Of a stretch of 64,000 nucleotides of DNA, positions 12,792 to 24,800 are shown in pieces. Source of the stretch: Nemertoderma westbladi (lineage: Eukaryota; Animalia; Xenacoelomorpha); assembly GCA_032718475.1 (NCBI GenBank), contig JAUCBJ010009124.1, forward strand, positions 17,422 to 81,421. The letters run 5' to 3'. Numbering within the stretch: position 1 is the first letter of the stretch; every line of letters begins with the position of its first letter. The notes under the pieces are model-generated. The model searched no databases and was not told the DNA's origin. It worked only from the letters and a program-made list of their open reading frames with translations. The translations under genes and the position numbers were made by a program.

Positions 12792-13029
12792 CTGAATAAA
12801 CGTAAATAAATTCTTATGAATATGAAATACTTTTTTTAGTTACAATAACATTTCCAAATTATATAAATGAAAATAAAATAATTAACATTAAGGATTCTTT
12901 CTAGAATGTATTTTGAATGTCTTTCAAAATTCAAATGATCTGGACTTTCATCTTTGTTAACTTTTTTCTACACAAACAACCATTATAAATATTTGCAGTT
13001 CCTTCCTTCATGTGGCATCGCAGTGGGAC

Positions 13030-16000
13030 GCCGTTGGTTGATTACCTTCCGCCGACCTTGTCTGCAGGACTAGCCGTTGGTTGATTACCTTCCGCCGACC
13101 TTGTCTGCATGGCTAGCCGTTGGTTGATTACCTTCCGCCGACCTTGTCTGCAGGACTAGCCGTTGGTTGATTACCTTCCGCCAACATGGTCTGCAGGACT
13201 AGCCGTTGGTTGATTACCTTCCGCCGACCTTGTCTGCAGGACTAGCCGTTGGTTGATTACCTTCCGCCGACCTTGTCTGCATGGCTAGCCGTTGGTTGAT
13301 TACCTTCCGCCAACCTTGTCTGCAGGACTAGCCGTTTGTTGATTACCTTCCGCCGACCTTGTCTGCAGGACTAGCCGTTGGTTGATTACCTTCCGCCGAC
13401 CTTGTCTCCATGACTAACCGTTGGTTGATTACCTTCCGCCGACCTTGTCTGCAGGACTAGCCGTTGGTTGATTACCTTCCGCCGACCTTGTCTGCAGGAC
13501 TAGCCGTTGGTTGATTACCTTCCGCCAACATGGTCTGCAGGACTAGCCGTTGGTTGATTACCTTCCGCCGACCTTGTCTGCAGGACTAGCCGTTGGTTGA
13601 TTACCTTCCGCCGACCTTGTCTGCAGGACTAGCCGTTGGTTGATTACCTTCCGCCGACCTTGTCTGCAGGACTAGCCGTTGGTTGATTACCTTCCGCCGA
13701 CCTTGTCTGCAGGACTAGCCGTTGGTTGATTACCTTCCGCCGACCTTGTCTGCAGGACTAGCCGTTGGTTGATTACCTTCCGCCAACCTTGTCTGCAGGA
13801 CTAGCCGTTGGTTGATTACCTTCCGCCGACCTTGTCTGCAGGACTAACCGTTGGTTGATTACCTTCCGCCAACCTTGTCTGCAGGACTAGCCGTTGGTTG
13901 ATTACCTTCCGCCAACATGGTCTGCAGGACTAGCCGTTGGTTGATTACCTTCCGCCGACCTTGTCTGCAGGACTAGCCGTTGGTTGATTACCTTCCGCCG
14001 ACCTTGTCTGCAGGACTAGCCGTTGGTTGATTACCTTCCGCCAACCTTGTCTGCAGGACTAGCCGTTGGTTGATTACCTTCCGCCGACCTTGTCTGCAGG
14101 ACTAACCGTTGGTTGATTACCTTCCGCCGACCTTGTTTGCAGGACTAGCCGTTGGTTGATTACCTTCCGCCGACCTTGTCTGCAGGACTAGCCGTTGGTT
14201 GATTACCTTCCGCCGACCTTGTCTGCAGGACTAGCCGTTGGTTGATTACCTTCCGCCGACCTTGTCTGCAGGACTAGCCGTTGGTTGATTACCTTCCGCC
14301 GACCTTGTCTGCAGGACTAGCCGTTGGTTGATTACCTTCCGCCGACCTTGTCTGCAGGACTAGCCGTTGGTTGATTACCTTCCGCCGACCTTGTCTGCAG
14401 GACTAGCCGTTGGTTGATTACCTTCCGCCGACCTTGTCTGCAGGACTAGCCGTTGGTTGATTACCTTCCGCCGACCTTGTCTGCAGGACTAGCCGTTGGT
14501 TGATTACCTTCCGCCGACCTTGTCTGCAGGACTAGCCGTTGGTTGATTACCTTCCGCCGACCTTGTCTGCAGGACTAGCCGTTGGTTGATTACCTTCCGC
14601 CGACCTTGTCTGCAGGACTAGCCGTTGGTTGATTACCTTCCGCCGACCTTGTCTGCAGGACTAGCCGTTGGTTGATTACCTTCCGCCGACCTTGTCTGCA
14701 GGACTAGCCGTTGGTTGATTACCTTCCGCCGACCTTGTCTGCAGGACTAGCCGTTGGTTGATTACCTTCCGCCGACCTTGTCTGCAGGACTAGCCGTTGG
14801 TTGATTACCTTCCGCCGACCTTGTCTGCAGGACTAGCCGTTGGTTGATTACCTTCCGCCGACCTTGTCTGCAGGACTAGCCGTTGGTTGATTACCTTCCG
14901 CCGACCTTGTCTGCATGACTAGCCGTTGGTTGATTACCTTCCGCCGACCTTGTCTGCAGGACTAGCCGTTGGTTGATTACCTTCCGCCGACCTTGTCTGT
15001 AGGACTAGCCGTTGGTTGATTACGTTCCGCCGACCTTGTCTGCAGGACTAGCCGTTGGTTGATTACCTTCCGCCGACCTTGTCTGAAGGACTAGCCGTTG
15101 GTTGATTACCTTCCGCCGACCTTGTCTGCAGGACTAGCCGTTGGTTTATTACCTTCCGCCGACCTTGTCTGCATGACATGCCGTTTGTTGATTACCTTCC
15201 GCCGACCTTGTCTGCATGGCTAGCCGTTGGTTGATTACCTTCCACCAACCTTGTCTGCAGGACTAGCCGTTGGTTGATTACCTTCCGCCGACCTTGTCTG
15301 CAGGACTAGCCGTTGGTTGATTACCTTACGCCGACCTTGTCTGTATGTCTAGCCGTTGGTTGATTACCTTCCGCCGACCTTGTCTGCAGGACTAGCCGTT
15401 GGTTGATTACCTTCCGCCGACCTTGTCTGCAGGACTAGCCGTTGGTTGATTACCTTCCGCCGACCTTGTCTGCAGGACTAGCCGTTGGTTGATTACCTTC
15501 GGCCGACCTTGTCTGCGGGACTAGCCGTTGGTTGATTACCTTCCGCCGACCTTGTCTGCAGGACTAGCCGTTGGTTGATTACCTTCCGCCGACCTTGTCT
15601 GCAGGACTAGCCGTTGGTTGATTACCTTCCGCCAACCTTGTCTGCAGGACTAGCCGTTGGTTGATTACCTTCCGCCGACCTTGTCTGCAGGACTAGCCGT
15701 TGGTTGATTACCTTCCGCCAACCTTGTCTGCAGGACTAGCCGTTGGTTGATTACCTTCCGCCAACCTTGTTTGCAGGACTAGCCGTTGGTTGTTTACCTT
15801 CCACCGACCTTGTCTGCATGGCTAGCCGTTGGTTGATTACCTTCCGCCGACCTTGTCTGCAGGACTAGCCGTTGGTTGATTACCTTCCGCCGACCTTGTC
15901 TGCAGGACTAGCCGTTGGTTGATTACCTTCCGCCAACCTTGTCTGCAGGACTAGCCGTTGGTTGATTACCTTCCGCCAACCTTGTCTGCAGGACTAGCCG

Positions 16001-17975
16001 TTGGTTGATTACCTTCCGCCAACCTTGTTTGCAGGACTAGCCGTTGGTTGATTACCTTCCGCCAACCTTGTCTGCAGGACTAGCCGTTGGTTGATTACCT
16101 TCTGCCGACCTTGTCTGCAGGACTAGCCGTTGGTTGATTACCTTCCGCCGACCTTGTCTGCAGGACTAGCCGTTGGTTGATTACCTTCCGCCAACCTTGT
16201 TTGCAGGACTAGCCGTTGGTTGATTACCTTCCGCCAACCTTGTCTGCAGGACTAGCCGTTGGTTGATTACCTTCCGCCGACCTTGTCTGCAGGACTAGCC
16301 GTTGGTTGATTACCTTCCGCCAACCTTGTCTGCAGGACTAGCCGTTGGTTGATTACCTTCCGCCAACCTTGTTTGCAGGACTAGCCGTTGGTTGTTTACC
16401 ATCCACCGACCTTGTCTGCATGGCTAGCCGTTGGTTGATTACCTTCCGCCGACCTTGTCTGCAGGACTAGCCGTTGGTTGATTACCTTCCGCCGACCTTG
16501 TCTGCAGGACTAGCCGTTGGTTGATTACCTTCCGCCAACCTTGTCTGCAGGACTAGCCGTTGGTTGATTATCTTCCGCCAACCTTGTCTGCAGGACTAGC
16601 CGTTGGTTGATTACCTTCCGCCAACCTTGTTTGCAGGACTAGCCGTTGGTTTATTACCTTCCGCCAACCTTGTCTGCAGGACTAGCCGTTGGTTGATTAC
16701 CTTCCGCCGACCTTGTCTGCAGGACTAGCCGTTGGTTGATTACCTTCCGCCGACCTTGTCTGCAGGACTAGCCGTTGGTTGATTACCTTCCGCCAACCTT
16801 GTCTGCAGGACTAGCCGTTGGTTGATTACCTTCCGCCAACCTTGTCTGCAGGACTAGCCGTTGGTTGATTACCTTCCGCCAACCTTGTTTGCAGGACTAG
16901 CCGTTGGTTGATTACCTTCCGCCAACCTTGTCTGCAGGACTAGCCGTTGGTTGATTACCTTCCGCCGACCTTGTCTGCAGGACTAGCCGTTGGTTGATTA
17001 CCTTCCGCCGACCTTGTCTGCAGGACTAGCCGTTGGTTGATTACCTTCCGCCGACCTTGTCTCCATGACTAACCGTTGGTTGATTACCTTCCGCCGACCT
17101 TGTCTGCAGGACTAGCCGTTGGTTGATTACCTTCCACCAACCTTGTCTGCAGGACTAGCCGTTGGTTGATTACCTTCCGCCGACCTTGTCTGCAGGACTA
17201 GCCGTTGGTTGATTACCTTCCGCCAACCTTGTCTGCAGGACTAGCCGTTGGTTGATTACCTTCCGCCAACCTTGTTTGCAGGACTAGCCGTTGGTTGATT
17301 ACCTTCCGCCAACCTTGTCTGCAGGACTAGCCGTTGGTTGATTACCTTCCGCCAACCTTGTCTGCAGGACTAGCCGTTGGTTGATTACCTTCCGCCAACC
17401 TTGTCTGCAGGACTAGCCGTTGGTTGATTACCTTCCGCCAACCTTGTTTGCAGGACTAGCCGTTGGTTGATTACCTTCCGCCAACCTTGTCTGCAGGACT
17501 AGCCGTTGGTTGATTACCTTCCGCCGACCTTGTCTGCAGGACTAGCCGTTGGTTGATTACCTTCCGCCGACCTTGCCTGCAGGACTAGCCGTTGGTTGAT
17601 TACCTTCCGCCGACCTTGTCTCCATGACTAACCGTTGGTTGATTACCTTCCGCCGACCTTGTCTGCAGGACTAGCCGTTGGTTGATTACCTTCCACCAAC
17701 CTTGTCTGCAGGACTAGCCGTTGGTTGATTACCTTCCGCCGACCTTGTCTGCAGGACTAGCCGTTGGTTGATTACCTTCCGCCGACCTTGTCTGCAGGAC
17801 TAGCCGTTGGTTGATTACCTTCCGCCGACCTTGTCTCCATGACTAACCGTTGGTTGATTACCTTCCGCCGACCTTGTCTGCAGGACTAGCCGTTGGTTGA
17901 TTACCTTCCACCAACCTTGTCTGCAGGACTAGCCGTTGGTTGATTACCTTCCGCCGACCTTGTCTCCATGACTAA
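13030..17975. repeat. 43-bp intronic satellite, ~115 copies
   Basis: Unit AGCCGTTGGTTGATTACCTTCCGCCGACCTTGTCTGCAGGACT read directly. Confidence 0.97.
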
Positions 17976-18279
17976 TCATGTATTGTACATTGCAAGCATA
18001 CACAAACCATACCTAACACATTCATAGCGTCCCCAGTATCCATAGTAACATGTGATGATTTGTTTAGTTGACAAGGCGATTCTTAATTAACTATTAATGA
18101 TTAATTGACAACTAATTGGCTAAGAGCTACAGGAACTACATCATTGCTGCCATAGTGGTACGAGAACAATGAGTACCCTGACATCCCAAAAGTAACCCAG
18201 AATCCCATAACGTACCACTAAAATCAATATCATATAATAATAATAATATTATTACCCCACTAATAAATATTAGACTTAC

Positions 18280-18413
18280 AGCGCTGATGCTGTCGTTAAG
18301 AATGGCTATGAACAGATTGATAACAATAACGTTCATAAAGAATGTATAAACGGTAAAGAAGATCGCCCCAAGGATCGGACTAATTGACATCATTTCTTCG
18401 TAATTGAATTTAC
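18280..18413 (-). CDS. PKD1-like exon 15 (S6)
   Basis: ttcag|GT AAA...GCT|gtaagt; GKFNYEEMMSISPILGAIFFTVYTFFMNVIVINLFIAILNDSISA. Confidence 0.92.
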
Positions 18414-18726
18414 CTGAAATCGTTACGTTTGTATTTAAGTAAGACAACATGCCTCCCGGAAAGATTACGATAAGGAGATGATTTGAATGAATAAAGGAAA
18501 TTATTTCCCGCTAAATTAAAATGTGTGGCAACCCGCATACATAACACATGTAATATACAGTCCCGAAACTTTATTTATCTTTAATAATACAAATCAAATT
18601 TACACAAACGATATGGCGAGTTTCTTTGCAAGACACCTCCGTGAAAAATCTATATCTAGATCTATTAAAATCTATATATTATATTAAATCTACATCTATA
18701 AAAATCGAAAATGCATCTCTTAAAAC

Positions 18727-19105
18727 GGGTGAGTACAAAACAAAGACCCAAGACCCAATTAAACTGCATAATCTTGAAACATGTGTTAACTTTCGTTTAT
18801 TGTTTTGGTTCCCCAACACGTCTCTGTAACCTGCTTCTTTACCATTTAAATTTACCATTTAAAAACCTTTAAATGGCAATGGGACCTAACGCTCTTTGGG
18901 ACCTGTACAAAACAAGTCGCCGCTAGTTCCGAAATAGGGTTAGGTCCTAAAGAGCGTCAGTTCCTAAAGAGCGTTAAATCCCTTTGCCATTTAAGGTTAG
19001 TAATGGAGCAGGTTACAGAGGCGTGTTTGGGGAACCAAAACAATAAACAAAAGACTAAAGACTTCTTTAGTCTTTGGGTCTTGGATATTTCTTTTTTACT
19101 CACCC
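18727..19105. mobile_element. MULE-like MITE with long TIRs (copy 1)
   Basis: GGGTGAGTACAAAA ... TTTTACTCACCC; long inverted arms (TTGTTTTGGTTCCCCAA..CTCTGTAACCTGCT); degenerate 9-bp TSD TCTTAAAAC/CCTTATAAC; sister copy at 50088. Confidence 0.7.
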
Positions 19106-19148
19106 CCTTATAACAAAATACAATATTTCTAGAAGACATTCCACCCAC

Positions 19149-19338
19149 CTAGTAGCGTGCTGATTAAACTCTGGGCGGCTGCGATGGGGCTGTGGTACCG
19201 GACCAGGTAAGGCATGAAAAGGAGATAGGCGACCCCCCAGAATCCGCTGAAGAAAAAGAAAAACCACATCGCGAATCCCCCCATCTCTTTACCGGCACGG
19301 GAAATTGTGGCAGACAGCATTGCAATACTGGTGGAAAA
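19149..19338 (-). CDS. PKD1-like exon 14 (S5, pore helix)
   Basis: ccaatag|TTT...CTA G|gtgggt; FSTSIAMLSATISRAGKEMGGFAMWFFFFFSGFWGVAYLLF...LISTLL. Confidence 0.92.
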
Positions 19339-19765
19339 CTATTGGAAAATAACTAGAATATTGATAAGTACTGTATACCGGTAGAACTGCTGGTAAATCT
19401 ATTGGAAATACTAACTATATTCGATTTAAATAAAGTAGCTCGTATTTCACGTCGGTTCGAGTGGGAATATTGCCATTAATCGAGCGTAAGTGAGTGAGTT
19501 AAATATGAAACGAGAATCTGAAAGTGAAATAGGCCTACAGGGACTTTATTAGTTACTGTTAGGCTTACATCATCGTGACCGTAGAATCTGGTACAATCAT
19601 ACTGAAATAATACTGTTACTTTATTTCACGTTGCGATATAGCACACCATAGCCCATTATTTCACGGCGTATTTCACGCCGACTTGAAAATTTAAATAGAT
19701 TATTTATATTAATATATTATTATATAATATAGGGTTAGGTAAAGCAATAATGTGTTGCAACTAAC

Positions 19766-19947
19766 CCGCAATATGTAGAGAAACTTAAGGGTTGAGAAGA
19801 AAGCAATAAATCCCAGCATGTTGAGGAATGTTTCATGAACCGAAGCGATGTACATTAGGTTAATGGATTCCCTGCCTCCGGACTTGACTATTTTATCTAA
19901 ACGTTGTTCCGTTACAGAATAGCGATAAAAGAACAACCCAATCGCGG
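19766..19947 (-). CDS. PKD1-like exon 13 (S3-S4)
   Basis: tttag|CC GCG...CGG|gttagt; SAIGLFFYRY...GFIAFFSTLKFLYILR. Confidence 0.9.
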
Positions 19948-20193
19948 CTAAAATAAACAAACGATAATCCACCGTATTTTATCTGTAGGATTATTTAATT
20001 TATTAATCTGTGTGATTAATATGGACTACGTTAACACTTATTTACGTGTAATATGCCGTAAAAATATGGTAAATTCAATGCTGGCTAACGGGTAATACTT
20101 AACAATGATAAGTTAAATAGTCGGTCTGTTACTTTCAGTATCAATGTATCCTTTTAAATAGGCTCATCCAGACTATCGGCAGCATAATATGTG

Positions 20194-20846
20194 TTATAAC
20201 TTTTTGTTGGGCACAGCTTTTGCAAAGTCGGCAATGACGTCCAGGTGGGATCGAACTGGTGACCTCCGGGTTGGAAGTCTGATGCTCTAAGCATTCAGCT
20301 AGTGGCTCAGGCAAAATATAGACCTGAAAATACAATCTGATACCTTGTATGTCCGCAATTTACCTCCTCATGGCCTCCCATCTGTCATACCATCATCTGC
20401 TGCCACTGTGCTCAACACTACAGTACTTGGCCGTCTATCAATAATAACACCAATAATAAATTATAAATATACCGGTCGCATTTCTCTATGGGTGTAACTG
20501 TCCTACCTAAATTAGTAGCTAGAGTGTATGATTAATCATTGTGGCCGTGATGGTTCATGGTTAATATACACTACACTTTCATTGTAGCGAGTGGTTAAAG
20601 ACGGCCAAGTACTACGGTAGGGTTGTGTACAGTGGCAGCAGATGATGGTATTGGACAGATGGAGGGCCATGATGAGGTAAATTGCGGACATACTAGCTAT
20701 CAGATACTATTTCCACGTCTATCTTTTACCTGAGCCGCTAGCTGAATGGTTAGAGCGTCAGGCTTCCAACCCGGAGGTCACCAGTTCGATCCCACCTGGA
20801 CGTCATTGCCGACTTTGCAAAAGCTGTGCCCAACAAAAAGTTATAA
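20194..20846. mobile_element. Foldback/MITE-like element: two ~245-bp inverted arms, each carrying an outward-facing tRNA-like segment
   Basis: 20194-20436 is the reverse complement of 20599-20846; tRNA-like part at 20732-20804 (TAGCTGAATGGTTAGAGCG ... GTTCGATCC). Confidence 0.8.
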
Positions 20847-20959
20847 TACAGTAATATGAAACCACTCATTCACCCAAAACACCAATAATAATATGTGTAA
20901 TATGCATAATAATTTACTGTATGATTTAGACAATGTGTTTAGTTAACATATTGACTTAC

Positions 20960-21166
20960 ATACGGCTGTCAAAACAATAAGCATATCTAAATAGTTGATG
21001 AGTTTCCTAAAATATTCCTTCTGCTGTCGACAAATCTTGATAATTTCTCCGATGAAAAATATTAGTGTTATTAGAGCCACTGCAATCAGAGAGACGGCCA
21101 TCCACAAATCTTTATCAGCAAAGTCATATTTCATCTTCACGGGTTGTAGACGGTAGAATGGTAGAC
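20960..21166 (-). CDS. PKD1-like exon 12 (S2-S3)
   Basis: ctttag|GT CTA...GTA T|gtaagt; GLPFYRLQPVKMKYDF...KEYFRKLINYLDMLIVLTAV. Confidence 0.9.
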
Positions 21167-21389
21167 CTAAAGGGTAGTGGTAGTAAAAATAGTAGAATTA
21201 GTAGAAATATATTCTGGTTAAAGGTAAATATATACGGTTTATTTTAATTTAAATGTAGATAATTTATTATTTATTATATAATTTATTATTAAACTATTTT
21301 ATATAATTATTAATAGGACATCAGTTAAATAGCGCATTTTTTATATTGAAATTAATTGTTGTAATTCTACATTAAGAGATTACACATAC

Positions 21390-21578
21390 CCGAAGCTGTT
21401 GGGGGGAATTCAACCACGAATGTTGTCACAGCATAAACATTATTTGGGACATTGTAAACGGTGAACTCGACAAATATAGCACGAGTGCGTTCGTCTAGCC
21501 AAAGTTCAGATTCGAGTTTCTTAAGGTCTTCTAGTGTCTCAGCTGGAGTCGGTTTCATTTTGTAAATATAACCACCAC
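21390..21578 (-). CDS. PKD1-like exon 11 (TOP/polycystin domain)
   Basis: ttaaag|GT GGT GGT TAT...TCG G|gtatgt; GGGYIYKM...WLDERTRAIFVEFTVYNVPNNVYAV. Confidence 0.95.
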
Positions 21579-21828
21579 CTTTAAGAATTAATTAGTGATA
21601 ATTAATTAATCAGCAGGGATTAAAGATTAAATAAAATAGTAGAATCCAGAATCTGGGACTACCAATGAATCTATATTAGGCCTATATATTATCCAACGGA
21701 CTATACGGTACCAGTACAACAGAGTTACACGTTCGTGGGGCCTTCGCGCAGCACGAGAGCCTTTATTAGAAAGTACATTATACTAATCTCTATTAGATAT
21801 ACGAAAACTGTCTTTGAACTTCAATTTC

Positions 21829-24800
21829 ACTTTCAACCGGGAGGTCACCATTTCGACCGTAATCAGTCAGACTTTCAACCGGGAGGTCACCATTTCGACC
21901 GTAATCAGTCAGACTTTCAACCGGGAGGTCACCATTTCGACCGTAATCAGTCAGACTTTCAACCGGGAGGTCACCATTTCGACCGTAATCAGTCAGACTT
22001 TCAACCGGGAGGTCACCATTTCGACCGTAAACAGTCAGACTTTCAACCGGGAGGTCACCATTTCGACCGTAATCAGTCAGACTTTCAACCGGGAGGTCAC
22101 CACTTCGACCGTAATCAGTCAGACTTTCAACCGGGAGGTCACCATTTCGACCGTAATCAGTCAGACTTTCAACCGGGAGGTCACCATTTCGACCGTAAAC
22201 AGTCAGACTTTCAACCGGGAGGTCACCACTTCGACCGTAATCAGTCAGACTTTCAACCGGGAGGTCACCATTTCGACCGTAATCAGTCAGACTTTCAACC
22301 GGGAGGTCACCATTTCGACCGTAATCAGTCAGACTTTCAACCGGGAGGTCACCATTTCGACCGTAATCAGTCAGACTTTCAACCGGGAGGTCACCATTTC
22401 GACCGTAATCAGTCAGACTTTCAACCGGGAGGTCACCATTTCGATCGTAATCAGTCAGACTTTCAACCGGGAGGTCACCATTTCGACCGTAATCAGTCAG
22501 ACTTTCAACCGGGAGGTCACCATTTCGACCGTAATCAGTCAGACTTTCAACCGGGAGGTCACCATTTCGACCGTAATCAGTCAGACTTTCAACCGGGAGG
22601 TCACCATTTCGACCGTAATCAGTCAGACTTTCAACCGGGAGGTCACCATTTCGACCGTAATCAGTCAGACTTTCAACCGGGAGGTCACCATTTCGACCGT
22701 AATCAGTCAGACTTTCAACCGGGAGGTCACCATTTCGACCGTAATCAGTCAGACTTTCAACCGGGAGGTCACCATTTCGACCGTAATCAGTCAGACTTTC
22801 AACCGGGAGGTCACCATTTCGACCGTAATCAGTCAGACTTTCATCCGGGAGGTCACCATTTCGACCGTAATCAGTCAGACTTTCAACCGGGAGGTCACCA
22901 TTTCGACCGTAATCAGACAGACTTTCAACCGGGAGGTCACCATTTCGACCGTAATCAGTCAGACTTTCAACCGGGAGGTCACCATTTCGACCGTAATCAG
23001 TCAGACTTTCAACCGGGAGGTCACCATTTCGACCGTAATCAGACAGACTTTCAACCGGGAGGTCACCATTTCGATCGTAATCAGTCAGACTTTCAACCGG
23101 GAGGTCACCATTTCGACCGTAATCAGTCAGACTTTCAACCGGGAGGTCTCCATTTCGATCGTAATCAGACAGACTTTCAACCGGGAGGTCACCATTTCGA
23201 CCGTAATCAGTCAGACTTTCAACCGGGAGGTCACCACTTCGACCGTAATCAGACAGACTTTCAACCGGGAGGTCACCATTTCGACCGTAATCAGTCAGAC
23301 TTTCAACCGGGAGGTCACCATTTCGATCGTAATCAGTCAGACTTTCAACCGGGAGGTCACCACTTCGACCGTAATCAGACAGACTTTCAACCGGGAGGTC
23401 ACCATTTCGATCGTAATCAGTCAGACTTTCAACCGGGAGGTCACCATTTCGACCGTAATCAGTCAGACTTTCAACCGGGAGGTCTCCATTTCGATCGTAA
23501 TCAGACAGACTTTCAACCGGGAGGTCACCATTTCGACCGTAATCAGTCAGACTTTCAACCGGGAGGTCACCACTTCGACCGTAATCAGACAGACTTTCAA
23601 CCGGGAGGTCACCATTTCGACCGTAATCAGTCAGACTTTCAACCGGGAGGTCACCATTTCGATCGTAATCAGTCAGACTTTCAACCGGGAGGTCACCATT
23701 TCGACCGTAATCAGACAGACTTTCAACCGGGAGGTCACCATTTCGACCGTAATCAGTCAGACTTTCAACCGGGAGGTCACCATTTCGACCGTAATCAGTC
23801 AGACTTTCAACCGGGAGGTCACCATTTCGACCGTAATCAGTCAGACTTTCAACCGGGAGGTCACCATTTCGACCGTAATCAGTCAGACTTTCAACCGGGA
23901 GGTCACCATTTCGACCGTAATCAGTCAGACTTTCAACCGGGAGGTCACCATTTCGACCGTAATCAGTCAGACTTTCAACCGGGAGGTCACCATTTCGACC
24001 GTAATCAGTCAGACTTTCAACCGGGAGGTCACCATTTCGACCGTAATCAGTCAGACTTTCAACCGGGAGGTCACCATTTCGACCGTAATCAGTCAGACTT
24101 TCAACCGGGAGGTCACCATTTCGACCGTAATCAGTCAGACTTTCAACCGGGAGGTCACCATTTCGACCGTAATCAGTCAGACTTTCAACCGGGAGGTCAC
24201 CATTTCGACCGTAATCAGTCAGACTTTCAACCGGGAGGTCACCATTTCGACCGTAATCAGTCAGACTTTCAACCGGGATGTCACCATTTCGACCGTAATC
24301 AGTCAGACTTTCAACCGGGAGGTCACCATTTCGATCGTAATCAGTCAGACTTTCAACCGGGAGGTCACCACTTCGACCGTAATCAGTCAGACTTTCAACC
24401 GGGAGGTCACCATTTCGACCGTAATCAGTCAGACTTTCATCCGGGAGGTCACCATTTCGACCGTAATCAGTCAGACTTTCAACCGGGAGGTCACCATTTC
24501 GACCGTAATCAGTCAGACTTTCAACCGGGAGGTCACCATTTCGACCGTAATCAGTCAGACTTTCAACCGGGAGGTCACCATTTCGACCGTAATCAGTCAG
24601 ACTTTCAACCGGGAGGTCACCATTTCGACCGTAATCAGTCAGACTTTCAACCGGGAGGTCACCATTTCGACCGTAATCAGTCAGACTTTCAACCGGGAGG
24701 TCACCATTTCGACCGTAATCAGTCAGACTTTCAACCGGGAGGTCACCATTTCGACCGTAATCAGTCAGACTTTCAACCGGGAGGTCACCATTTCGACCGT

